30,848 bases of DNA from an uncultured Candidatus Rokubacteria bacterium (GTDB lineage Bacteria > Methylomirabilota > Methylomirabilia > Rokubacteriales > CSP1-6): assembly GCA_963789955.1 (NCBI GenBank), contig CAWBMV010000033.1:1-30848 (forward strand), given 5' to 3'. The translations under genes and the position numbers were made by a program. Position 1 is the stretch's first letter. Each line of letters starts with the position of its first letter. Shown one piece after another: positions 18,124 to 27,019 of the stretch. The notes under the pieces were generated by a model. The model made no database searches. It worked only from the letters and a program-made list of their open reading frames with translations, and was not told the DNA's origin.

Positions 18124-21100
18124 ATGAATCGCTCGTCCGATTGCTTTTTGTCTGCACGGTCTTCCCGCGGAGTCCCCCGCGCCGCGCTCGCGTCGGCGGC
18201 ACTGCTGTTCGCCCTGCTGGTGACGCCGCCGATGGCGGTCGCCGATCCGTCGCCGCCGGCCGGTCGCGCCTCCTACAACGTGCTGTTGCTGTTCGCGTCC
18301 CCGCGGCTGACGCCCGCCCAGATCGCGATCGACGAGGCGTTTCGATCGACCCTGTCATCGCGGTTGTCGGAGCCCGTGTTCTTCTACACCGAGTATCTCG
18401 ATCTCACGCTGTTCCGCGGCGACGACCCGCGGCCCGAGCTCCGCACGCTGCTGAAGCACAAGTATCACGGCGTCAAGCTCGACCTGGTCGCCGCGTTCTC
18501 CAGTCGCGCGGTGCGGTTCGCGGTCCAGAATCGCGCCGATCTCTTTCCGGGCGCACCCGTCGTGTTCAGCAGCGTCGATCGCGCCGCCCTCGGCGATCTC
18601 AAGCTCGACGACGATGTCACCGGCATCTGGCTGAACGTCGATTGGGCGGGGACCCTCGAGGCCGCGCTTCGTCTTCAGCCCGGCACACGCCGCGTGGTCG
18701 TGATCACGGGAACCTCCGCGATCGACCGGGTGTGGCAGGCCGCCGCGCGCCGTCAGCTCGACGTCGACCGCTATCGCGGGGTCGCCATCGAGTACGTGAG
18801 CGATCTCGCCGTCGACCAGGTCCTCCAGCGCGTTGCCGCGCTGTCGCAGGGCACGATCGTGCTGTTCGGCGCGTTCACCCGCGACGCGACCGGTCAGAAT
18901 CTTCTCGGAGCGGAAGTCGTCCGGCGCGTCGCCGCGCGCTCAAGTGTCCCGGTGTACGGACCGGGCGAGACGTATATCGGCGGTGGGATCGTCGGCGGCC
19001 ACGTCGTGAGCTTCACCACGCAAGGCGCACGGGCCGCCGAGCTCGCCGCGAGCGTACTCAGTGGCGCCCGGCCCGGTCCCCTCGATGGCGCGACGAACAT
19101 GTACGTGTTCGACTGGCGGCAGCTCCAGCGGTGGGGGCTCGACGAGACGCGCCTGCCGGCCGGGAGCGAGGTCCGCTTCCGGCAGCCGTCGCCGTGGGAC
19201 GTCTACAAGTGGCCGGTGCTGGGCGGCGTGGCCGTGGTGGCGCTCCAGGGCGCCCTCATCGTCGGCTTGCTGGTGCACCGGCGGCAGCGGCGGCGGGCCC
19301 AGCGCGCCCTCGCCGAGCGCCTGCGCTTCGAGACGCTCGTCTCCGAGCTTTCGGCCGCCTTCATTACCTTGCCCGCGCGCGACGCGCCGGGACAGATCGA
19401 GAAGGCGCTCGGGCGCATCGTGGACGAGCTGCACCTGGACCGCGCGATCCTCGCCGAGCTCGATGACCGGGACCGCGACGTGATGGAAATCACGCATTCG
19501 TGGACGCGCGAGGGCGTCAATCCCTTTCCCGGGCCGCTCGTCAAGCGAGCGTTCCCCTGGGTGGGCTCCCGTGTGCACGCGGGCCACGTCGTGGCCCTGG
19601 GGCGAGTCGATGACCTTCCGGCCGAGGCCGAGACCGACCGCGCCAGTCTCGCCGCGCTGGGCACCCGGTCACTCGTGGCGGTGCCGCTGGTCATCGAAGG
19701 CGTCGTCGGCGGCGCGCTCGCATTCAGCTCGACCCGTGAGGAGCGCGAGTGGCCCGACGAGCTGGCGCAGCGGCTACGGCTCCTGGCCGAGATCTTCGCC
19801 AATGCGCTAGCCCGCCACAAGGCAGCGAGCGCGGCGCGCGAGAGCGAGGACCGCTTCCGGCTGCTGGCGGAGACGGCGCCGCTCATGATCTGGATGTCCG
19901 ACCCGGCCGGCCGGCGCACGTACTTCAATCGGCGCTGGCTCGACCTGACGGGCCGGAACGCCGACGAAGATCTGGCCGACGGCTGGATCGACAGCGTGAA
20001 CCCCGACGACCGCAAGGCCGCCCACGAGACGTACGAGCAGGCGGTCGTCGAGCAGAAGCCCTTCACGATCGACTACCGGTTGCGGCGGCGGGACGGCGAG
20101 GACCGGTGGATCCTCGATCACGGGGTCCCCCGGATCGACGATGACGGCGTCTTCGTCGGGTACGTCGGGTCGGTCATCGATATCACCGCGCTGAACACCG
20201 CGCTCCAGACGGTCCTCGAGAGCAACGCGCTCCGGAGCGCCATCTTCGGCTCGCTGTACGGGCAGGTCGCGGCGATCGACTCCGACGGGGTCATCATCGC
20301 CGTCAACCACTCGTGGACGCGGTTCGCCGCGAACAGCCCGGACCCGGCCCGCGGCCTCGCCGTCGGCGCCAACTGTCTCGAAGTCTGGCGTGCGGCGGCC
20401 GCCGCCGGCGACGCGGATGCGTTCCGCGCGCACGAGGCCGTCACCGCGGTGCTCAAGGGCCAGAAGGACCACGTGTTCGAGTACGCCTGCCGCTCGCAAG
20501 ACGGTGAGCGCTGGTTCGAGATGGCCGTCGAGCCCTTCCGGCGCCCCGAGGGCGGCGCCGTCGTCTCCTACATCGACATCACGCGAAGACACCATGCTGA
20601 AGAGGAGGCCCGGCGCCAGCGGGAAGAGCTCGCGCATGCGCAGCGCGTCACCACGCTCGGCGAGCTGAGCGCTTCGCTCGCCCACGAGATCAATCAGCCG
20701 CTGGCCGCCATCGTGACGAACGCGCAGGCGGCGGTTCGCCTGCTCAACCGGCAGGGCGTGGCGCACACCGACGTGTCCGAAGCCCTGACCGACATGGCGG
20801 CCGACGCCCGGAGGGCCTCGGCGATCATCCAGCGCCTCCGCGCCCTGTCACGCAAGGAGCACGCCCCGCGGGCAGGCCTCGATCTCAACGATCTGATCGA
20901 GGACGTCGTGAGCCTGCTGCGCCACGACTTCGTGCGCAAGCAGATCACGGTCCTCCGCGCCCTCGATCCGGTTGTGCCAACGGTGTCGGGCGATCCGGTT
21001 CAGCTCCAGCAGGTCATCCTGAACCTGCTCGTCAACGCGAGCGAGGCGATCGCGCTGACCGACGGCGGCAAGCGCGAGGTCGCGATCGCGACCCGTTACC

Positions 21101-21360
21101 GGTCGCCGGGTCGGGTCGAGGTTGTGGTGCGCGACAGCGGCATCGGCGCGAAGGGGTCCGATCTCGCGCGGATGTTCGAGCGGTTCGTGAGCACGAAGCC
21201 CGGGGGCCTCGGGATGGGTCTCGCCATCAGCCGATCGATTGTCGAGGCGCACGGGGGACAGATCCGTGCCATCGCCAACCCTGATCGCGGTCTCACCCTC
21301 CACGTCGAGCTCCCGTGCGAGGAGAGCGCCGTCCCGCAGAATGGCACGCCGGATCACTGA
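18124..21360 (+). CDS. Sensor histidine kinase (periplasmic ABC-substrate-binding-like domain, TM, GAF, PAS, PAS, HisKA, HATPase)
   Basis: GAGGAG RBS before ATG 18124; FYTEYLD and YVFDWRQLQRWGL in the sensor domain; H-box GELSASLAHEINQPL; N-box QQVILNLLVNA; G-boxes DSGIG and GLGMGL. Confidence 0.92.
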   Translation: MNRSSDCFLSARSSRGVPRAALASAALLFALLVTPPMAVADPSPPAGRASYNVLLLFASPRLTPAQIAIDEAFRSTLSSRLSEPVFFYTEYLDLTLFRGDDPRPELRTLLKHKYHGVKLDLVAAFSSRAVRFAVQNRADLFPGAPVVFSSVDRAALGDLKLDDDVTGIWLNVDWAGTLEAALRLQPGTRRVVVITGTSAIDRVWQAAARRQLDVDRYRGVAIEYVSDLAVDQVLQRVAALSQGTIVLFGAFTRDATGQNLLGAEVVRRVAARSSVPVYGPGETYIGGGIVGGHVVSFTTQGARAAELAASVLSGARPGPLDGATNMYVFDWRQLQRWGLDETRLPAGSEVRFRQPSPWDVYKWPVLGGVAVVALQGALIVGLLVHRRQRRRAQRALAERLRFETLVSELSAAFITLPARDAPGQIEKALGRIVDELHLDRAILAELDDRDRDVMEITHSWTREGVNPFPGPLVKRAFPWVGSRVHAGHVVALGRVDDLPAEAETDRASLAALGTRSLVAVPLVIEGVVGGALAFSSTREEREWPDELAQRLRLLAEIFANALARHKAASAARESEDRFRLLAETAPLMIWMSDPAGRRTYFNRRWLDLTGRNADEDLADGWIDSVNPDDRKAAHETYEQAVVEQKPFTIDYRLRRRDGEDRWILDHGVPRIDDDGVFVGYVGSVIDITALNTALQTVLESNALRSAIFGSLYGQVAAIDSDGVIIAVNHSWTRFAANSPDPARGLAVGANCLEVWRAAAAAGDADAFRAHEAVTAVLKGQKDHVFEYACRSQDGERWFEMAVEPFRRPEGGAVVSYIDITRRHHAEEEARRQREELAHAQRVTTLGELSASLAHEINQPLAAIVTNAQAAVRLLNRQGVAHTDVSEALTDMAADARRASAIIQRLRALSRKEHAPRAGLDLNDLIEDVVSLLRHDFVRKQITVLRALDPVVPTVSGDPVQLQQVILNLLVNASEAIALTDGGKREVAIATRYRSPGRVEVVVRDSGIGAKGSDLARMFERFVSTKPGGLGMGLAISRSIVEAHGGQIRAIANPDRGLTLHVELPCEESAVPQNGTPDH

Positions 21361-21435
21361 GCCGATCGGCCCGCCCGTATGGGACCAACAACGCATTGGC
21401 GCGATGGGGGCGCTCGGCGATAGTAGCCACCGAAC

Positions 21436-21864
21436 GTGGCTCAAGTGGATTGTCCGGATACTCGAGAGCAACACGCGGGCCGACTGAGCCCGACCGCATC
21501 GCCGTCACCCCTGGTGTACGTGATTGACGACGACGCTTCGCTCCTGCGTGCCCTTCGCCGTTTGCTCGCCGCAGGCGGCTTTCGTGTGTGCACGTTCTCG
21601 TCGGCCGAGGATTTCCTGGAGTCTGCGAAGGCGGCGCCCGCGTGTCTCGTGCTCGACGTGCACCTCGGCGGGCTCAGCGGGCTCGACCTCCAGGAGCAGC
21701 TGCTCGCCTCGGGGCGACGAATCCCGGTGGTCTTCATTACCGCCCACGACGACGCGGTCACGCGCGAGCGTGCGCGCCGCGCCGGCGCCATCGACTACCT
21801 CCGCAAGCCCTTCAACGACGAGTCGTTGCTCGCAGGCATCCGGCGCGCGCTCGACAGCCACTGA
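21436..21864 (+). CDS. Single-domain response regulator (FixJ-type receiver)
   Basis: VYVIDDD, CLVLDVHL, FITAHDD, YLRKPF; no output domain; start codon uncertain. Confidence 0.88.
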   Translation: MAQVDCPDTREQHAGRLSPTASPSPLVYVIDDDASLLRALRRLLAAGGFRVCTFSSAEDFLESAKAAPACLVLDVHLGGLSGLDLQEQLLASGRRIPVVFITAHDDAVTRERARRAGAIDYLRKPFNDESLLAGIRRALDSH

Positions 21865-21972
21865 CCGCACGCCAGGCGGTCGACACCTCAATCGAAGCGG
21901 AAAGCGAGAGCGGGGAGATCTGTCACCCGCGGACGCGCACGAAGCCTCGCGCGCGTCCGCGGGTGATGGGGC

Positions 21973-22557
21973 TTACTTTTCTTTGACCAGGAACATGCCC
22001 CGACGGTTCTGCGACCAGCACCCTTCGTTCTCTTCCTTGCACAACGGCCGTTCCTCGCCGAACGAAACGAGCGTGATCCGATCGCCCTGGACGCCTTGCG
22101 CGACGAGGTAGTTCATCGCGGTCTTCGCGCGCCGATCGCCCAGCGCGAGGTTGTACTGCTCGGTGCCGCGCTGGTCGCAGTGACCCTCGATCAATAGGAT
22201 CTGGTTCGGATTCCCTGCGAGCCATTTGGCGCTCGCGTCGAGGATTTTCGCGTCAGCCGGGCGAATCGTCGCCGAGTCGAACGCGAAGTGGATCGGCTTC
22301 AGACTGTCGTTCGCCATGTACTCCTTCGGCGGCGCGGGACGCGGCGCGGGCGGCGGCGGCGCAGCGACGACCGGCGGCGGTGGTGCCGGCGCGACAGGGG
22401 CCGGCGCGGGGGCCGGCGGCGGCGGCGCGGGGGCCGGCGCAGGCGCAGGCGCCGCCACTGGATTCGGGGCAGCCACTGGGCGCTTCGCGCAGGCCGACAC
22501 GAAAAGGAGCCCGACGATCAGTGAAGCGAGAATTGAACGATCAATGAACGTGCGCAC
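21973..22557 (-). CDS. pal: Peptidoglycan-associated lipoprotein (OmpA C-like domain) with a Pro/Ala-rich linker
   Basis: Lipobox VSAC; IHFAFDS; EGHCDQRGTEQYNLALGDRRA; SFGEERP; NRR. Confidence 0.92.
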   Translation of the reverse strand: MRTFIDRSILASLIVGLLFVSACAKRPVAAPNPVAAPAPAPAPAPPPPAPAPAPVAPAPPPPVVAAPPPPAPRPAPPKEYMANDSLKPIHFAFDSATIRPADAKILDASAKWLAGNPNQILLIEGHCDQRGTEQYNLALGDRRAKTAMNYLVAQGVQGDRITLVSFGEERPLCKEENEGCWSQNRRGMFLVKEK

Positions 22558-22630
22558 GGTTAGCCCTCCGCTCCGCTTCTGACTGCTGCAATGGTTCTGC
22601 TACACCTATACGCCCCGGCAAGCTTACTCA

Positions 22631-22648
22631 ATGGGACGTTGGTCGGAT
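22631..22648. promoter_or_regulatory. Palindromic operator box, copy 4 (ATGGGACGTTGGTCGGAT)
   Basis: Lies between divergent pal and the lipoprotein-kinase operon. Confidence 0.65.
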
Positions 22649-22785
22649 ACGCTCGCGACCCACGGCCGAGAGGCTACCACAAGAGCCACGCTGAATGTCA
22701 GCGTCCAGATCCCGCTCCTCGACCCGCGCGCGACGCGGTAGACTCATCACGCTTTCAGCGAGATGAACCCTCTCGGGAGGAACCG

Positions 22786-23211
22786 ATGCGTTCTGACAAA
22801 TTAGGCATCTGCGCGCTGGGGCTGGCGGTCGTACTCGGGCTCGCCGGCTGCGTGAGTAGCGGGTCGGCGACAACGGGTGGGCCGATCGCGATCACCGATG
22901 TGGCGAGCATCGCGGGCAAGTGGGTCGGACTTCTCGAGATGTCGGGCTCGCAAGACCGGGAGGACTATGTCGAGGTGACGATCGCCGGCGACGGCACCTA
23001 CCGGGCTGCCTCGGCGCGCACGATCGGGGTCATGGACGTCAAGGGAACCGTCTCCGTGTCCGACGGCAAGCTCCTGATCCGGGGCGAGCGCGGCGGCCGC
23101 GGGACCGGTACACTCTTTACCCAGACCGGGCAGCCGCCGCGTCTTCTGCAAGTGAACGGTACCGCGGGCGACGGGCGTCCGTACATCGTGCGGCTCCGGC
23201 CACAATCTTGA
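22786..23211 (+). CDS. Small hypothetical lipoprotein (beta-rich)
   Basis: GGGAGG RBS; lipobox LAGC; SIAGKWVG motif; ends 7 bp before the kinase gene. Confidence 0.8.
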   Translation: MRSDKLGICALGLAVVLGLAGCVSSGSATTGGPIAITDVASIAGKWVGLLEMSGSQDREDYVEVTIAGDGTYRAASARTIGVMDVKGTVSVSDGKLLIRGERGGRGTGTLFTQTGQPPRLLQVNGTAGDGRPYIVRLRPQS

Positions 23212-23218
23212 GAGCGGA

Positions 23219-25603
23219 ATGAGCAGAATCTCGACGGACCGCGCGTCGATGTTGCTGGCGGCGGCGCTCGTGTGCGTCGGGTACTTCTTCGGGGCCCGGA
23301 TCGGCTTCGCCTTCACGATCCACCCGTCTCCCGTGTCGACGCTCTGGCCCCCCAACTCGATCTTGCTGGCGGCGTTGCTGCTGGCCCCGACGCGGGCGTG
23401 GGGCCTGCTGCTCCTGGCGGCGTTCCCCGCGCATCTCGTCATCCAGCTCGCGAACGACATCCCCGTGACGATGATCCTCCTCTACTTCATCAGCAATTGC
23501 TCCCAAGCGCTGATCGGCGCCACCTGCATCCGCCGCCTTGCCGGGGGGACCCTGCGATTCGACGATTCCCGCCACGTCGGGGTGTTCGTCTTCGGCTCGA
23601 TCGTCGGCGTGTTCGTGTCGTGTTTTCTCGACGCCGGCATCGTGGAGCTCGTCGGGGGCTGGGGCCAGGGTCCCTTCTGGCAGCTCTGGCGATCGCGCTT
23701 CTTCTCGAATGTGCTGGCGGAGCTGACCGTGGTTCCCGCGATCATCGCGTGGTCGCAGGTCGACGTGCGAAATCTTCGGAAAGTGTCGGTGCGCACGCTG
23801 GCCGAGGTCATCGGCCTGAGCGTCAGCCTCCTTGGCGTCTGCATCGCGGTCTTCGTGTGGCGAGACTCGGGAGTGGGCGGGATTCACGCGCTGCTCTACG
23901 CGCCGCTCCCCTTCCTGGTCTGGGCCACCGTGCGCCTGGGCACGATCGGGACCAGCACCGCGACGCTCGTCGTCGCGTTGCTGGAGACCCGCGGCGCGAT
24001 CAATCAGGTCGGCCCCTTCGTCGCGAGCTCGCCGAGCGACAGCGCGCTGTCGATCCAGCTGTGTCTCATCCTCGCCTCGATTCCGCTTCTGCTGCTCAGC
24101 GCAGTCATCCAGGAGCGCAGTCGGGCCGAACGCGCGGCGGTCTTCAGCGCGGAGAGCCTGAAGCTGGCGCTCAACGCCGCGCACATGACGATCTGGGACT
24201 GGAGCCTGCCGCCGGGCGACGCGAACTGGCGGCGCGACTCGAGCCCCGCGCCGTTCGGCGCCATGCTGCGCGTGGTGCATCCCGACGATCAGCTCGTGGT
24301 CGCCGAGGCCATCACCGCCGCGATCGAGAAGGCCGCGCCCTGGGACGTCGAGTTCCGCGTCGTGCACTCCGACGGCAATGTCCGCTGGGTGATGGGCAAA
24401 GGCGAGGTCCTGCGCGACGAGCGCGCGCATCCGGTGCGTCTCCTGGGCGTCAACGTCGACATCACCGACCGCAAGCGGGCCGACGAGGCCGTGCGCGCGT
24501 CCGAGGAGCTCTTCGCGCGCGCCTTCCGCTCCAGCCCGGACGCGATGCTCATCAGCCGCCGGACGGGCGGCCAGATCATCGACGTCAACGATCGCTGGGA
24601 GACGCTCTTCGGCTACACCCGGGCGGCCGTGATCGGGCGTACGATGGCCGAGCTACCCCTCGCGGCCGGCCTGCATGACCAGGCGACCTTGCGACGCCTG
24701 GTCGAGGCGCCGGGCCCCGTGCGTGACGTCGAGGCCCAGTTTCTCACTCTGAAGGGGGAGCTGCGCGAGGCGATCATCGCGACCGAGACCGTCGAGATGA
24801 GCGGTCACGCGTGCTTCATCACGACGATCCGGGACATCACCGAGCGCCAGCGCGCCCAGCGTGAGGCGCAGGAGCAGCGCCAGCTCCTGACGCATCTGGG
24901 CCGCGTCGCGGTCCTCGGCGAGCTCTCCGGTGCGCTGGCCCACGAGCTGAGCCAGCCGCTGACCGCGATTCTGAGCAACGCCCAGGCCGCCCGCCGCATG
25001 CTCGCTCGGGAGCCCGTCGACCTGCATGAGATCGACGAGATCCTCGAAGACATCGCGAGCGCGGACCGGCGCGCCGGCGAGGTCATCCGGCGCCTGCGCG
25101 CGATGTTCAAGCGCGGGGAGTCGAACCGGCAGCTGCTCGATCTCAACGAGATCACGCGCGACGTGCTCGATTTCGCCCGGAGCGACATCCTCACCCGCCA
25201 CGTGCAGGTGACGACGAAGCTCGCTCCTGATCTACCGCAGGTGCGGGGTGACAGCGTCCAGGTCCAGCAGGTGCTGTTGAACCTGATCGTCAACGGATGC
25301 GAGGCGATGATCGGCAACGAGCCGAACGATCGCGCGCTCGTGATCGAGACGAGCGTCGTCGATCACGAGACGGTCGGGATCTCGGTGCTCGACAACGGCA
25401 GCGGCATCCGGCCCGACATCCTCGATCAGCTCTTCGAGCCGTTCGTCACCACCAAGCATCAAGGCCTGGGGCTCGGGCTCACCATCTGTCGGTCGATCGC
25501 CACCGCGCACGGGGGTCAGCTGTGGGCCGGCAACAACCAGGATCGCGGATCGGCGTTTCGGCTGCTCCTGCCGAGGAACGACAGCCTCACCCTGGTGAGC
25601 TGA
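23219..25603 (+). CDS. MASE1-PAS-PAS sensor histidine kinase (FixL/NodV-like transmitter)
   Basis: MASE1 motifs LWPPNSILLAALL and PFLVWATVRLG; PAS HPDD...EFRV; H-box GELSGALAHELSQPL; DNGSG; GLGLGL. Confidence 0.92.
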   Translation: MSRISTDRASMLLAAALVCVGYFFGARIGFAFTIHPSPVSTLWPPNSILLAALLLAPTRAWGLLLLAAFPAHLVIQLANDIPVTMILLYFISNCSQALIGATCIRRLAGGTLRFDDSRHVGVFVFGSIVGVFVSCFLDAGIVELVGGWGQGPFWQLWRSRFFSNVLAELTVVPAIIAWSQVDVRNLRKVSVRTLAEVIGLSVSLLGVCIAVFVWRDSGVGGIHALLYAPLPFLVWATVRLGTIGTSTATLVVALLETRGAINQVGPFVASSPSDSALSIQLCLILASIPLLLLSAVIQERSRAERAAVFSAESLKLALNAAHMTIWDWSLPPGDANWRRDSSPAPFGAMLRVVHPDDQLVVAEAITAAIEKAAPWDVEFRVVHSDGNVRWVMGKGEVLRDERAHPVRLLGVNVDITDRKRADEAVRASEELFARAFRSSPDAMLISRRTGGQIIDVNDRWETLFGYTRAAVIGRTMAELPLAAGLHDQATLRRLVEAPGPVRDVEAQFLTLKGELREAIIATETVEMSGHACFITTIRDITERQRAQREAQEQRQLLTHLGRVAVLGELSGALAHELSQPLTAILSNAQAARRMLAREPVDLHEIDEILEDIASADRRAGEVIRRLRAMFKRGESNRQLLDLNEITRDVLDFARSDILTRHVQVTTKLAPDLPQVRGDSVQVQQVLLNLIVNGCEAMIGNEPNDRALVIETSVVDHETVGISVLDNGSGIRPDILDQLFEPFVTTKHQGLGLGLTICRSIATAHGGQLWAGNNQDRGSAFRLLLPRNDSLTLVS

Positions 25604-25633
25604 CCGCGTCGCCCGGGCCTGGCGGTCCCGCGG

Positions 25634-26330
25634 TCAGTCGGTGGGACGGAGCCCCAGCCGATCGGCCTGGCGGACGAGCTCGGCGACCGATCCGACTTGC
25701 GTCTTCTCCATCACGCGGCCGCGGTGGAATTTCACCGTCTTCTCGCTGATGCCGAGATCACTCGCGATCTGCTTGTTGAGCCGGCCCTGAATGACGAGCC
25801 GGAGCACGTCGCGCTCGCGGGGCGTCAACGTGTCGAACCGCACGCGGATGCTGGCGATCTTCCGCCCGATCTCGCCGTGCCTCGCGATCGCGCCGCAGCG
25901 CGCCGTGGATGATGTCGAGCAGGGCCTGGTCGCTGAACGGCTTCTGGAGGAAATCGACCGCGCCGGCCTTGATCGCGCGCACGCTCGAGGGCACGTCGGC
26001 GTGACCGCTGATGAAGACGATCGGGACGTCATGCCCGGACCGGATGAGGCTTTCCTGGAGCTCGAGGCCGCTCGGACCCGGTAGCCGCAGATCGAGCACG
26101 ACACACGCCGGCCGATCCGGCATCGGCTTGCGCAGAAAGTCTTGAGCCGAGGCGAAGGTCTCGACGTCGAGGTCGACCGACCGGAGCAGGCGCTCGAGCG
26201 AGCGCCGCACCGAGTCGTCGTCGTCGATCACGAAGACGATCGGCCGTTCGAGTGGCTCGCCTTGCGGCCCCGCGGGGGCCGCCGGCGCTTCGCGACTCGA
26301 CGGTGGATTCGGGGTAATCGACATCGACAT
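25634..26330 (-). pseudogene. FixJ/NodW/TodT-type response regulator (REC + LuxR HTH), +1 frameshift at about 25860 (pseudogene or sequencing error)
   Basis: REC domain (VFVIDDD, LDLRLP, FISGH, FLQKPF) in ORF 25758-26429; HTH (LTPRERDV...[25 protein letters not shown]) in ORF 25634-26104; changing GAAG to GAG rejoins them as [15 protein letters not shown]. Confidence 0.88.
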
Positions 26331-26428
26331 GGATTCCGCTCGCCACCTCGTTGGTATCAGCCTTGCGTAACCCTGACCCGGCGGTCGGACCAGCCGCTCA
26401 AAGGTATGGGGTCCGGGGCCCCAAGGCA

Positions 26429-26446
26429 ATCCGACCTTGGTCCAGC
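26429..26446. promoter_or_regulatory. Palindromic operator box, copy 5 (ATCCGACCTTGGTCCAGC)
   Basis: Lies between the two divergent response regulator genes; extended -10-like TGCTACTAT at 26468-26476. Confidence 0.7.
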
Positions 26447-26491
26447 GCGTGAACCAGGGTACACGTTTGCTACTATCGAATGCAGGGTCTC

Positions 26492-26914
26492 ATGATCAGC
26501 GACTTGAGCCGCGCCCGACCGCTCGTCGCCATCGTCGACGATGAGGAATCGATCCGAAAGTCCCTTCGGCGGCTGTTGATGGCAGCCGACCTCGACGCCG
26601 TGGTCTACGCCTCCGGGCAGGAGTTCCTCGACACGCTGAGAGGGCGCCACCCGGACTGCCTGATCCTCGACCTCCAGATGCCCGGCCTGACCGGGCTCGA
26701 GGTTCAGCGGGCGCTCACGGCGGCCGGGGTGCAGTTCCCGACGATCATCATCACCGCCCACGACGAGCCGGAGGCCCGGGCCAGGTGCCTGGGCGCCGGG
26801 GTCGCCGCGTATCTCTGCAAGCCACTCCACGACGAGCTGTTGCTCGATGCGATCGCGAATGTGATGGGCCGTGTCGGCGCGCCTGCCGGCACCGAAGATC
26901 ACCCGCGGGCCTGA
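26492..26914 (+). CDS. Single-domain response regulator (FixJ-type receiver)
   Basis: VAIVDDE, CLILDLQMP, IITAHDE, YLCKPL; start is ATG 26492 or ATG 26480. Confidence 0.88.
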   Translation: MISDLSRARPLVAIVDDEESIRKSLRRLLMAADLDAVVYASGQEFLDTLRGRHPDCLILDLQMPGLTGLEVQRALTAAGVQFPTIIITAHDEPEARARCLGAGVAAYLCKPLHDELLLDAIANVMGRVGAPAGTEDHPRA

Positions 26915-26954
26915 GCCCGCTCCCCCGTCCCTTTCGTCTCTGACTCCCGCGAAC

Positions 26955-26972
26955 ACTGGACCTAGGTCTCAT
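26955..26972. promoter_or_regulatory. Palindromic operator box, copy 6 (ACTGGACCTAGGTCTCAT)
   Basis: 47 bp upstream of ATG 27020. Confidence 0.7.
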
Positions 26973-27019
26973 GGCCGATTCGTCCGGTCGTCATACCCTG
27001 AGCACCAGGAGGGCCTCCA

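Noticed and set aside
22330..22470. GGCGGCGGC / GCCGGCGCGGG low-complexity repeats
   Set aside because: Explained by the Pro/Ala linker codons of Pal.
15725..25865. Programmed ribosomal frameshifting or phase variation at the two frameshift sites (about 15733 and 25860)
   Set aside because: No slippery heptamer or long homopolymer at either site; single-base extensions fit sequencing error or point mutation better.
26406..26424. TGGGGTCCGGGGCCCCAA as a second, tandem operator box
   Set aside because: Palindromic, but it lacks the GAC/GTC core and central WW; too degenerate to count.
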